Shown here piece after piece: positions 24,005 to 33,130 of a stretch of 64,000 bases of DNA. The DNA is from Candidatus Iainarchaeum sp. (lineage in GTDB: Archaea; Iainarchaeota; Iainarchaeia; Iainarchaeales; JAZDDZ01), in the NCBI GenBank assembly GCA_043809245.1, contig JAZDDZ010000042.1, positions 1 to 64,000 on the forward strand, in the 5' to 3' direction. Below the pieces are notes generated by a model that did not search any database, was not told where the DNA came from, and worked only from the letters and a program-made list of their open reading frames with translations. The position numbers and the translations under genes were made by a program. Positions within the stretch are counted from its first letter, which is position 1. The number at the start of each line of letters is the position of its first letter.

Positions 24005-24496
24005 CTATTTTGACTCATATTTGTTATATCCTATTATTGCAAGATTTTCCATCCAGAGTAAATCTGACATAAATTTAGAAATATTTATTGCAGTGGAGAA
24101 GAACGGGACTGGTGTTTTCATACTTTTTCCCTTATAGCTTAATGGGCAGATTAATATTGCATTTTCAAGACGCTTCCTCCGCTTTCCTATAACCAACTTT
24201 ACAAAATCTTTCCAGATATATTTGACTTCACTTTCCTCAATTTCAATTGCGGTTTTTGTATTCCAATTGTAAATGTCAAAGCGATGACCAGAGTTCTTGC
24301 CAAGAATATTTTGCAAGTCATCACCATCCTGCCAAGCGGCACCCAAGTTTGATCTGTCTGACCTAAGTGTCTTCAGAAGTCGTTCCTTTACCCTTCCTTC
24401 AGGAGGCAGAGTCTTTAGCGCAGCAGCTGTTTCCTGAACTATTTTAAGAAACTTTTTGTTTTTTTCGCCCTTTCTTATGTGCACTTTTACTTCCAT
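24005..24496 (-). CDS. Putative restriction endonuclease (PD-(D/E)XK fold, BglII/BstYI-like core)
   Basis: HRFDIY...AIEIEES..KYIWKDF; last gene of the dcm operon. Confidence 0.6.
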   Translation of the reverse strand: MEVKVHIRKGEKNKKFLKIVQETAAALKTLPPEGRVKERLLKTLRSDRSNLGAAWQDGDDLQNILGKNSGHRFDIYNWNTKTAIEIEESEVKYIWKDFVKLVIGKRRKRLENAILICPLSYKGKSMKTPVPFFSTAINISKFMSDLLWMENLAIIGYNKYESK

Positions 24497-24900
24497 TTTT
24501 GATTCTCTTATTAAATAATTTTCCAAAGGCCTTTTCAAAGTTACGTTTCAACTCACATTCCCAGACTCTTACCACTCTGTAGCCTTTCATTTTTAGCGCT
24601 TTGCTGATTTTTTTATCATTTAAAACATTCCTTTTGATTTTTTTTTTCCCAGAATTCCACGTTTGTTTGTGGTTTCTGAAAACAATCTGGGCACTTATGC
24701 CAGAAACAGCCGTCTAAAAAAATGATTGTGTTGTGGTCGCGCAAAAAAATATCCGGGTTTCCAAGCAAGGGAGGATGCATTGTATGCCTGACTTTATTAC
24801 TTTTCAGATAATTATGCACAACTCTTTCTAGACGAGTCCATTTGCCCCTTATTTGAGACATGTTGTAGCTTCTTTGCTGCTTTGACAGAACATCAGTCAT
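24444..24900 (-). pseudogene. vsr: Very short patch repair endonuclease Vsr, frameshifted at an A10 run
   Basis: MTDVLSKQQRSYNMSQIR, GNPD, DGCFWH; removing one A at 24638-24647 restores KIKRNVLND...GYRVVRVWECE. Confidence 0.85.
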
Positions 24901-24920
24901 AGGAATCTTTTATAAAAGAA

Positions 24921-25544
24921 TTATGCAATGGTTGACAAAAAAAATCTATCTCTTCCATATTTAACAAAATTTTCTCTGTTAGTTTTTAATGTCTCATAAA
25001 GCCAGAATTTTTTAGATTTTTCTGCTTTTTTGATCTCCTCACCATATGCTTTGATTGTTATGTCATAAGCAGACTTCAAACTACATCCTTTTTTTATCAT
25101 GGCTAAGATTCCTTTATTTGCACTTCGAATAATTGGTAATGGATTTCTCGGGTGGTAACAAACAATACCGACATAACCCAAGAAACCTTTTCCTCCAGCG
25201 TCCACTATTTTTTTTCCAAGCTCTTTTCCACAATTGCAAGAGTATAAATAAAAAAAACTTCCAAAAAATATCTTTTTGTTAGAAGTTTGGTTACAAGTAA
25301 ATATTGGTTCCTCATTATGCCCATAGAAAGTTCTTCGATCCCCATGACCAAAACCGAAAATTGCCGAGGGGCCATTCCTGCGGTCTAAAAGAAATTTGTG
25401 AATCTTCTTTTTAGTCGCATCCTTATAATAATAATCTCTAGGTTTAATTTCCTTTTTTTCTAATGCTTCTATTATTTGAGAGGCGAGTGTTTGTGCAAAA
25501 TCAGTAGCGGGATCATATATTGGCCTTATTACTATATAGCCCAT
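24921..25544 (-). CDS. Caspase-hemoglobinase (CHAT/C25-like) fold putative cysteine protease
   Basis: FGFGH67G and FYLYSC103 dyad pattern, GGKGFLGY, C-terminal NFVKYG. Confidence 0.6.
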   Translation of the reverse strand: MGYIVIRPIYDPATDFAQTLASQIIEALEKKEIKPRDYYYKDATKKKIHKFLLDRRNGPSAIFGFGHGDRRTFYGHNEEPIFTCNQTSNKKIFFGSFFYLYSCNCGKELGKKIVDAGGKGFLGYVGIVCYHPRNPLPIIRSANKGILAMIKKGCSLKSAYDITIKAYGEEIKKAEKSKKFWLYETLKTNRENFVKYGRDRFFLSTIA

Positions 25545-26122
25545 TAGTTTAGCACCTTTAAAGCAAATTTAGCCAAGTCTTTTCTTAGTTTAATTCCAAG
25601 TGGCGTCCCCTTTTTAATCTCATCAATAATTTTGGCAGGAGTGTATTTATCACCATTTGAATTTACTATAACTGGGGTTTTTTTGTTTTTGATTTTCCGG
25701 TACCATGATTCATAAGTTGATAATATGCTGTCTGTTTTTAGGTCAATACACTTTTGTATTAATTTCAAAAGCTCATTTGCAGATTTACTTTTACTAAAGT
25801 AGTCAGATATTCCGAGTTTTATTGAATCAATAAGAATATCCCCCATGTTCTCTGATTTTTCCAATTGACCACTGCAAAAAATTATAGGTACAAGCAGATT
25901 AGATTGTCTGATTTTATCAATTACGCCTACTCCGTCATCTTTATTTTTGTCGTTAACAAGTTTATAATCAATAACTAGTACATCAAAAAACTCGTGGATA
26001 ACCTTCTTGATCCCCTTTGAAGAATCTGTTTGAGTTACCACCTCGAGCCCTTGCTTTCTCAAATATTCTGCTGTATCCGCAGCCCATTCTTTGTCATCAT
26101 CGATTATCATTACTTTAGTCAT
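25544..26122 (-). CDS. Response regulator receiver with uncharacterised C-terminal domain
   Basis: IIDDD, ID52YKL, IIFCSG, YFSK. Confidence 0.88.
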   Translation of the reverse strand: MTKVMIIDDDKEWAADTAEYLRKQGLEVVTQTDSSKGIKKVIHEFFDVLVIDYKLVNDKNKDDGVGVIDKIRQSNLLVPIIFCSGQLEKSENMGDILIDSIKLGISDYFSKSKSANELLKLIQKCIDLKTDSILSTYESWYRKIKNKKTPVIVNSNGDKYTPAKIIDEIKKGTPLGIKLRKDLAKFALKVLN

Positions 26123-28180
26123 TTAGTCCCTCTTTGGGAAGCACAGTAAAAGAGATAGCCCCTCTAATTTTGGCTCTTCAACAGTAACACTGCCCCCGTA
26201 ATAATCCATTAATTCTTTTACTATTGTGAGGCCTAGTCCTGTCCCTTCGTTATTTTCTTTCGTTGTAAATAAAGGTTCAAAAATTTTATCTCGGTTTTCG
26301 GAGGGGACTCCAATTCCTGAATCATGGAACCTTACAAAGATATTTTTTGTATTTTCGCTAAATTCCAACTTAATTTTTCTTTCTCGGGGATTCTTATGTT
26401 TCAGAAAGTAAATAGAGTTGAGAATCATGTTTGTCAATATTGATTCAAAATCGATCCTAAACATTTTGTAGTTGTTGTTTCTTAGCTTATTTTCAATGGC
26501 GTATTTAATCCCAAATTTGTCCAAGATAAACGAGAAGTGATTAAATAAATAATTAGCAACTGAAAGCAAGTCAACAATCTTGATTTTTCGTTTGTCTTTT
26601 TTTATATAACCTATTAGTAAGTCAACAAAGAGCTCGTTCTTTTCAAGTATCTCCGAGATATTGGATATTCTTTTTGTGTATTCCGGGCCCTCAGAAAATC
26701 CTTTAAACTCCTTTAAAAAATCTAGTTGTGTTCGCATTCTTCCTATTAACGGCCTGATTTCATGGGATGAATAACCGGCCGTTATTCCAAGTGTCGCAAG
26801 ATTTCTGTACAAGTCTTTTTGTTCTTTTTCATTATCTATTTCCTGTTTTGCTTCTTTAACTAGGTCTTGCACAACAGTTTTCAGTTTTGATTTCATTTCT
26901 CTTGCCAAATTTGATTTTTCTATTAGGTCAGTAATCTCTCTTTTTTGTTTGTTAATTGTTCTAGCCGATTTAGAAGACTCTTTTTTCTCAATACTATTTC
27001 TAAATGTCGCAAATGCCCATAGTGATTTTTCAAGGAACTTAATCATTTCTTTGTAAGCTTCGTTCTTGATTAAGCCTTCCCTTGTAGTTGTATCGATTAG
27101 TAGGTCGTTTTTATCTCTGCTTATCTTTACGAAACCAATAATCTGATTGTTGTCAGGGTATTTGATATTCCTTATATGAAGTCTCTTGTAGGTTAATTCT
27201 AGCCAGTCATTTCCTGCATCGCCATAAGGTTTTACCCTAAATCCATCCCTGTAAATCTTTACTCCTGCCGCAGTATTCAGATCATTACTAATTTGTTTTC
27301 TTAAAGGTTCAGGATAAAATCTTTCGTCTCCAGAACCCAAAGGGTAAAAATAAAGCACAAAACTTAGTTTACCGCAAGAGAGCGGCCCTATGCTTATTGC
27401 ACTACTATGTTTTATACTTTCATCTTTATCCCCCGCATACCTTGATTTGCCCTCTATTTTGTATTTTATTTTCGATTCGCCATCATATACTGAGTTGAAT
27501 TTGTAACGGTATTCATCAAAAAGGTAATTATCCGCGTTTTTGATGTGGATCATATGCTCTGTGCATATTACATTAATCACAAAGTCTTGGCCGATTTCTT
27601 TTGGGGGGTTTAATATGCTGACTTCGTCGACAAAGTCCTCTACCATCTCTTTTGTCCATTTATCCCTTAACCCTCGAATTATGATGCGGAATCCATGCCA
27701 ATTATCATTTGATTTGGTTAATACCGCCGTATGTTTTATTTTGTCAAATGTAATCCCCTGTTTTTCAAAATCGTTCCAATTAATTTTGATAGATAATCTG
27801 TCTTGGTAGTTATTTTTTTGGGCAATTATTTCACAAACTTTCCCTAAACGTTCAATAGAAAATCTTCCAAGCCCTTTTTCTCCTACTTTTCTCCTGCCAT
27901 TTTGTGTTTTCGGACTAATCTCTTTATCATCAGTGCCAACGACCATCCACTTTTTCTTAAACTCTGATAGAGTCATCCCACACCCATCATCAATTACCTC
28001 TATATACTGTTCTTTACTATCGCTAGGCAGAGAGAACACAACTTGCACGTTCTTTGCGTCAGCATCATAGGAGTTCTTTATCAATTCAAAGAGGGCTATT
28101 GTAGGGCTGCTTACAGATTCCCTTCCAAGTAATCTTGCAAGCTTACCTGAAAATTTGAATGACAAGAATCTTTTTCTCAT
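26123..28180 (-). CDS. MORC-like GHKL ATPase fused to histidine kinase
   Basis: N-term ELIKNSYDADA, DDGCGM, GEKGLGRFS; C-term SHEIR H-box, NMILNS, DSGIG, FTTK, GTGLGL. Confidence 0.9.
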   Translation of the reverse strand: MRKRFLSFKFSGKLARLLGRESVSSPTIALFELIKNSYDADAKNVQVVFSLPSDSKEQYIEVIDDGCGMTLSEFKKKWMVVGTDDKEISPKTQNGRRKVGEKGLGRFSIERLGKVCEIIAQKNNYQDRLSIKINWNDFEKQGITFDKIKHTAVLTKSNDNWHGFRIIIRGLRDKWTKEMVEDFVDEVSILNPPKEIGQDFVINVICTEHMIHIKNADNYLFDEYRYKFNSVYDGESKIKYKIEGKSRYAGDKDESIKHSSAISIGPLSCGKLSFVLYFYPLGSGDERFYPEPLRKQISNDLNTAAGVKIYRDGFRVKPYGDAGNDWLELTYKRLHIRNIKYPDNNQIIGFVKISRDKNDLLIDTTTREGLIKNEAYKEMIKFLEKSLWAFATFRNSIEKKESSKSARTINKQKREITDLIEKSNLAREMKSKLKTVVQDLVKEAKQEIDNEKEQKDLYRNLATLGITAGYSSHEIRPLIGRMRTQLDFLKEFKGFSEGPEYTKRISNISEILEKNELFVDLLIGYIKKDKRKIKIVDLLSVANYLFNHFSFILDKFGIKYAIENKLRNNNYKMFRIDFESILTNMILNSIYFLKHKNPRERKIKLEFSENTKNIFVRFHDSGIGVPSENRDKIFEPLFTTKENNEGTGLGLTIVKELMDYYGGSVTVEEPKLEGLSLLLCFPKRD

Positions 28181-29490
28181 TAAAACACCAGCATAATACT
28201 TTTTGCTATATTGAATGACAATAAAGGCGGCACAGCATTTCCAATTTGTTTGAATTTCTTGCTGATAGGGCCTTCAAAAGGAATATGGTCAGGAAAAGAT
28301 TGAATTCTTGCAGCTTCTCTGACAGTAAATGTTCTCGCTTGCTCTGGGTGAATAAATCGGTTTCCATCTTTTTCTAGATGCGCAAAAATAGTTGTGCTTG
28401 GCTCATTCGGTTTCTGCTTACGGTACTTATCAAGGAACGAATTCATTCCATATTTTATTAACCTCTTTGCTAGTTTTGGACATCTTTTCATGAATTGACC
28501 GGCAGTCTCACCCGGAAGCATCGCTTCAAATAGTTTAATGTCAGAGGGCTGTTGGCTTCTTGCAATATGATAATCTATAAATTGATAACCGTTTGGTCGG
28601 ATAAATTCAAAAAAAGATTTACCGCTCTGGCTCAAGCTATTTTTGTAATTGATAAAATCTTTTTTATTAAAAGGCATTTTTTCTTCACCACTATACACAA
28701 TTTCATTTTCTTTTGCGATAGTTTTCTTAATTTTTTTAGACAACCCTGTTCCTGTTTTTTTTGGCTTTACTTTTGGCAGGTCACCTATTGCTTCATACAA
28801 TGTGACATAGGGTAATAACCCCTTTGCACTCAGCTCAATACTATTTTCTGTTTTCGGATCAAAGTGAGTTCGTCTCAGAGAGGGAACCGCTATTTTCTTC
28901 CAATCCTTTAATACTCCAATAATTATTACTCGTTCTCTTTTTTGCGGCACGCCAAAATTTGCAGCATTTACCAAGGAATATTTTTTTCCTGTTTCGTTTT
29001 GCAAATTGTAATTTTTTTCGAAGTCTTCAATTATTTTATCAATTATTTTTCTTCCAGAAATATCCTTTTTTGACAGGATTCCTTTAACATTCTCAATGAC
29101 AATTACTTTTGGTTTTAGTTCATCGACAATTTTATAAAATTCCTTGTAAAGATGGTCTCTTAGGTCATCTTTGAACCGCGCATCATATCTCCCATATCCT
29201 GATCTTGGGCCGATTAATGAAAAACTTTGGCAAGGAATGCCCCCTACAACAATATCTATTTTGCCTTTGCATTTCTTAATTACTTTATTGTGGATTTCCG
29301 GGTCGGTCAGGTCCCCTTCTATAACTTTATCTTCGCCATAAATTTTTCTGAGAGTTTTACAGGCATATTTGTCTATTTCTGCTGCACGATACAATTCGAA
29401 AACCGGATTACCATGTTTATCTCTGACAAGCTCGAATCCCTGTGACAAACCAGCTGCCCCTGCAAACAAATCAAGGATTTTGATTGTCAT
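28180..29490 (-). CDS. DNA (cytosine-5) methyltransferase
   Basis: DLFAGAAG, GGIPCQSFS, ENVKG, QKRER, QIGNAVPP. Confidence 0.96.
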   Translation of the reverse strand: MTIKILDLFAGAAGLSQGFELVRDKHGNPVFELYRAAEIDKYACKTLRKIYGEDKVIEGDLTDPEIHNKVIKKCKGKIDIVVGGIPCQSFSLIGPRSGYGRYDARFKDDLRDHLYKEFYKIVDELKPKVIVIENVKGILSKKDISGRKIIDKIIEDFEKNYNLQNETGKKYSLVNAANFGVPQKRERVIIIGVLKDWKKIAVPSLRRTHFDPKTENSIELSAKGLLPYVTLYEAIGDLPKVKPKKTGTGLSKKIKKTIAKENEIVYSGEEKMPFNKKDFINYKNSLSQSGKSFFEFIRPNGYQFIDYHIARSQQPSDIKLFEAMLPGETAGQFMKRCPKLAKRLIKYGMNSFLDKYRKQKPNEPSTTIFAHLEKDGNRFIHPEQARTFTVREAARIQSFPDHIPFEGPISKKFKQIGNAVPPLLSFNIAKSIMLVF

Positions 29491-29668
29491 GGCCTATGTA
29501 TATATCTGCCCAGGGGTTTTTTAGCCTTTACTTTTAGATAACACACGTTGCACGTGCTAATTTTCTGCAAATCCTTCTAACGCCTTTTTCAGCACTGTTT
29601 CAATGGCCGGCTTTTTTGCTTTTGGCGTTTGGTTATAATCCGCGGCGGTTTTCTCATAAAAACTACAA

Positions 29669-29836
29669 TTATTCAATAGCTACATTTACCTTTGCTTTTT
29701 TCCCTATGTGTTTGGCTAATTCTTGGCTTCTAATGCTGATTGTGCCGTAATCGTAGGTTTTGGTTTCGCCGCTTGTTAGTTTCTTTTTGTCGGTTGTTTT
29801 ATGGATTTTTACATTAAACTCAAATTTGCCGGGCAC
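29669..29836 (-). CDS. Small basic AbrB/DUF2080-like protein (55 aa)
   Basis: Manual translation MPGKFEFNVKIHKTTDKKKLTSGETKTYDYGTISIRSQELAKHIGKKAKVNVAIE*; TTTATAAA TATA ~25 nt upstream. Confidence 0.5.
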   Translation of the reverse strand: MPGKFEFNVKIHKTTDKKKLTSGETKTYDYGTISIRSQELAKHIGKKAKVNVAIE

Positions 29837-29844
29837 AAATAGTT

Positions 29845-29897
29845 TTCTATATAGAATAGGTTTATAAACTTTTATGTGCCATATTCTATATAGAATA
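29845..29897. promoter_or_regulatory. Two TTCTATATAGAA palindromes flanking a TATA box
   Basis: Perfect 12-bp palindrome occurs at ~29845 and ~29884 around TTTATAAA. Confidence 0.55.
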
Positions 29898-29909
29898 ATG
29901 TGATTATTT

Positions 29910-30068
29910 ATGCACTCCTCCGCTTTGCTTTTGCAGATAATCTGCTGGCTTCCGTTCGCTTACATTCTCCTGTTGTGGCGCATTGGCAGGAAAGAGGATT
30001 GCATTAAATTAGCGAAATACGCGTTCGTGTTCCTGTTAGGGGTGAACGCGGCGGAGGCGCTGGGGTGA
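29910..30068 (+). CDS. Small hydrophobic protein (52 aa)
   Basis: MHSSALLLQIICWLPFAYILLLWRIGRKEDCIKLAKYAFVFLLGVNAAEALG*; GTGAT upstream. Confidence 0.35.
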   Translation: MHSSALLLQIICWLPFAYILLLWRIGRKEDCIKLAKYAFVFLLGVNAAEALG

Positions 30069-30237
30069 AACCAGATAGATCATCCACTAAAAATAGAGTC
30101 CGGTTCATACTGTTACAATAGTATGAAAACACGCCTAAATCATACTATTACGATTGTATAAATACGGGGCCACTGTGAGAAGAATGGGTTCCCACATTGA
30201 ATTCTCCGGCCTTATTTATGAGCGCTTGTTTGCACCA

Positions 30238-30948
30238 TTACTCTTTCTTTAATAACTTACTCAGGTCGTCAAGTAGATTGCTTAGATTTCCTATTTTGTT
30301 TGTTGAATCGAACTCTCCTTTATTTTTTGCTATATATACTCCGTCAAGCTCGTATTCAAGAATCACCCTTGCTTTTGACGGTCTCTTATCAAAAGATATT
30401 TCATCATCTCTATCGGGGGTTACCATGAATACTTTTATTGGTTTTGTAATTTTACTTTGGTCTAGTTTGAGTTTCCAGTACGGTGTTTCAGTATATCTTT
30501 CTCTGAAAGAATTTTTAACTGACAGAATTACCAAAATTTTTGAGCCTTTTTCTTTTTCATATCTATAGACTATCAAGTCCGCGTCAGGCAGATAAGAATA
30601 TTTATCAAAATGTATGAGTAAATTACGGCGTACAACATCATATTCTTCGTTGAGCTTGCTGTTTTGAATTTCTTTGCCTTTAACAATTCTTGCACCGTGT
30701 TCGTGCGCAACGGGTTCAACAATGAAGCGAATCAATGTTTCAAGACTACCCCCAACATACGCCACCCATGATTGCCTTGCCTTTCCTACAGCAGTTGAAT
30801 AATCTGCGCCAGCGGCCTGAAACTCCATTATTTTCTTGTTTTTATAATCCTTTTCCAAATCGGTTAGAAATTGGTCAATTTTTCCATGCGCAAGATCGCT
30901 GTGTTTTTGAACAAACGACTTCCATTTATTTTCTAGCCCATCATCCAT
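30238..30948 (-). CDS. Type II restriction endonuclease, BsaWI-like
   Basis: ARQSW...GGSLE, LPDAD, SVKNSFRER motifs of CCGG-family enzymes; downstream of MTase. Confidence 0.75.
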   Translation of the reverse strand: MDDGLENKWKSFVQKHSDLAHGKIDQFLTDLEKDYKNKKIMEFQAAGADYSTAVGKARQSWVAYVGGSLETLIRFIVEPVAHEHGARIVKGKEIQNSKLNEEYDVVRRNLLIHFDKYSYLPDADLIVYRYEKEKGSKILVILSVKNSFRERYTETPYWKLKLDQSKITKPIKVFMVTPDRDDEISFDKRPSKARVILEYELDGVYIAKNKGEFDSTNKIGNLSNLLDDLSKLLKKE

Positions 30949-30957
30949 CAATTCACC

Positions 30958-31764
30958 CTACCTGCTTGATATCTCAACTTCAGTTAATTTCTTATTGAAA
31001 ATATGCGCTTCTTCAGATAATCTGTTTTTTGCTAGTTCGCAATAAACTTTATCTATTTCGATTCCGACTCCTTTACGCTTATTCAAATAAGCTGCAATTA
31101 GAGTAGAGCCACTACCCAAAAAGGGGTCTAGAACAACATCATCAACAAAACTAAACAGTTTAATGCATCTGCGCGGGAGCTCTAACGGGAATGGGGCCGG
31201 ATGCCCAACTTTTTTCCTTTTTTCTCCATTGAAAGTCCAAACTCCGCTGGTCCAATCCATAAACTCGTTTTTTTCTATATCAGACGTTCCACTACCGCTT
31301 ATTTTTCTCCATTCCTTTTTGTATAAAACCACAATCAATTCAACTGGCGCTATAACATACGGCGCTCTTGCACTCATCCACGAACCCCATGCTGTTCTCC
31401 TCGAAATATTTCCTTCGTTCCAAATAATTGTAGAATGATATTTGAAACCAACTTTTTTAGCAATGCTTGTTAAATCTGCGCCAACACTTTGTTGTCCATC
31501 TTTGTTTTTGTCTAAAGGAATATTTAGACACAAACGACCATCCTCTTTTAGCCAATCAAAACAGCGGCTAAGCCATTTCTTGCTAAAATCCAAGAAGTCA
31601 GGATAAGATATTTTATCATTGTGGCTGTTATATTTAATGTCAAGATTATAAGGAGGCGAAGTAACAATTAAATCAATGCTATTCTTCTCTATCGCATCCG
31701 TAGAAAGCACATCGTCATTGACAATTTTTATGTCATTGTGAACGAAATAATCCTTCTTCATCAA
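30958..31764 (-). CDS. Site-specific DNA methyltransferase (beta class, N4-C/N6-A)
   Basis: TSPPY motif IV before DPFLGSGST motif I; HPAPFP. Confidence 0.93.
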   Translation of the reverse strand: MMKKDYFVHNDIKIVNDDVLSTDAIEKNSIDLIVTSPPYNLDIKYNSHNDKISYPDFLDFSKKWLSRCFDWLKEDGRLCLNIPLDKNKDGQQSVGADLTSIAKKVGFKYHSTIIWNEGNISRRTAWGSWMSARAPYVIAPVELIVVLYKKEWRKISGSGTSDIEKNEFMDWTSGVWTFNGEKRKKVGHPAPFPLELPRRCIKLFSFVDDVVLDPFLGSGSTLIAAYLNKRKGVGIEIDKVYCELAKNRLSEEAHIFNKKLTEVEISSR

Positions 31765-31883
31765 CTATCTGTTAGCCAAAAAGGGTTTAAATACTCTGGC
31801 AAGGAGTAGATTGCCGCTGCGGATTTAGGTAAAAAGAACCGGTTAGTGCCCTTTTACGCCCTTTTCCTTTCCCTTAAGGAGTA

Positions 31884-32861
31884 TTATTTCAGGTATACGC
31901 TTCCAACATATTTTTTGTGCGCGAATGAGTCTTTTGTTTGCGCGGTTTTTTTAAGGTCAAGCATGGCCACAAGGCTTGCGTCAAGGTCATCTGCTTTTGC
32001 AATTAACAATGCCTCGGGAGTCATTGGTGGTTTGGGGCAGCCGTTTTCCATTAAACCATGATGGGATATCAGAATGTGCGTTAGCTTTGTTTTTGTGTTA
32101 TCCGAAATATCAAGTTTGTTTAACGTTTGTGTTAGATTTTGTAATCCTAAAATAGTGTGGCTTAACAGGTTTCCCTTATCAGTGACTTTGATTAAGGTTG
32201 TAACCGCAAACTCATCTATTTTGCCGATGTCGTGTAGTACCGCGCCGGCTATTAAAAAATCTCTGTTTAAGTCCGAGTGATGCTTTGCAACATCCAGGCA
32301 AATATTTACAACTGTCAAGGTATGCTCTAATAGCCCTGAAACCCAACTATGGTGAATGTACATGGCGGCTGGGCTTTTCTTGAATTTTTCGACAAATTCG
32401 GCGTCTGAAAAAAACGCATTTAGAACTTTAGCTAGTTCGGGGTCTTTTATGGATGCAATATGTTTCTTCAGCTCGGTTAACATTTCCTCATTGTCTTTTT
32501 CGCTTGTTCTGATAAAGTCTCCAAGGTTGTATTCTCCTTCGCTTAGCATCTTAAGTTTTCCTTCATTTACGCTAAAGTCAATCTTGTCATTAAATTCCGA
32601 AGTCTTTCCTTCGGCATAAATAACGCTATCTGCGTTTATTGAGTTCAGCGTTTCCTCTACTTTGGCCTTGTCAGCCGACCCCCAGTATTTTAGCATGGCT
32701 TCTCCGTTAGCGTCTTGTATCTTGACTTCAAAATAATATTTTCCATTTACGGCTTGCTTTAAATCTTTTTTGAATCTTACGACAAAGATGTCCTTGAACT
32801 CTTCATAGGGCTTATAATTAATGATTGATTTGGCTTTTTTGTAAATCAATTTCAACACCAA
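31884..32861 (-). CDS. YhaM/CBF1-like 3'-5' exoribonuclease (OB + HD)
   Basis: SPAA..HH...GLLEHT, LHDIGK, SHHG, ADDLDA. Confidence 0.88.
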   Translation of the reverse strand: MVLKLIYKKAKSIINYKPYEEFKDIFVVRFKKDLKQAVNGKYYFEVKIQDANGEAMLKYWGSADKAKVEETLNSINADSVIYAEGKTSEFNDKIDFSVNEGKLKMLSEGEYNLGDFIRTSEKDNEEMLTELKKHIASIKDPELAKVLNAFFSDAEFVEKFKKSPAAMYIHHSWVSGLLEHTLTVVNICLDVAKHHSDLNRDFLIAGAVLHDIGKIDEFAVTTLIKVTDKGNLLSHTILGLQNLTQTLNKLDISDNTKTKLTHILISHHGLMENGCPKPPMTPEALLIAKADDLDASLVAMLDLKKTAQTKDSFAHKKYVGSVYLK

Positions 32862-33130
32862 ATTATTGTTTGTAAAAAAGCCTTAAAAACTGCTTTATTC
32901 AGTTTTCTCTTTCACGTATTTTCTATGACGCTTTTTTAGAAAGTTATAGCGTTTTTCCGGGCAAATTTAAAAGCAGACAGGCTATTTACACCCTCTTCTT
33001 CTCACCCTAACGCTTCTTTGTGCTGGAACCATGCTTTTTTTATGCGCGTGCCTCTCTTCCCTTTCCCTTTGTGTGTTTTTCGCGTTGTTTTTTTTCAGTT
33101 CGGTGAAAACCTGGCGGAAAGGGGTTTTTT

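Noticed and set aside
29589-29657. 22-codon basic ORF upstream of the C5-methyltransferase
   Set aside because: Too short, no SD or motif
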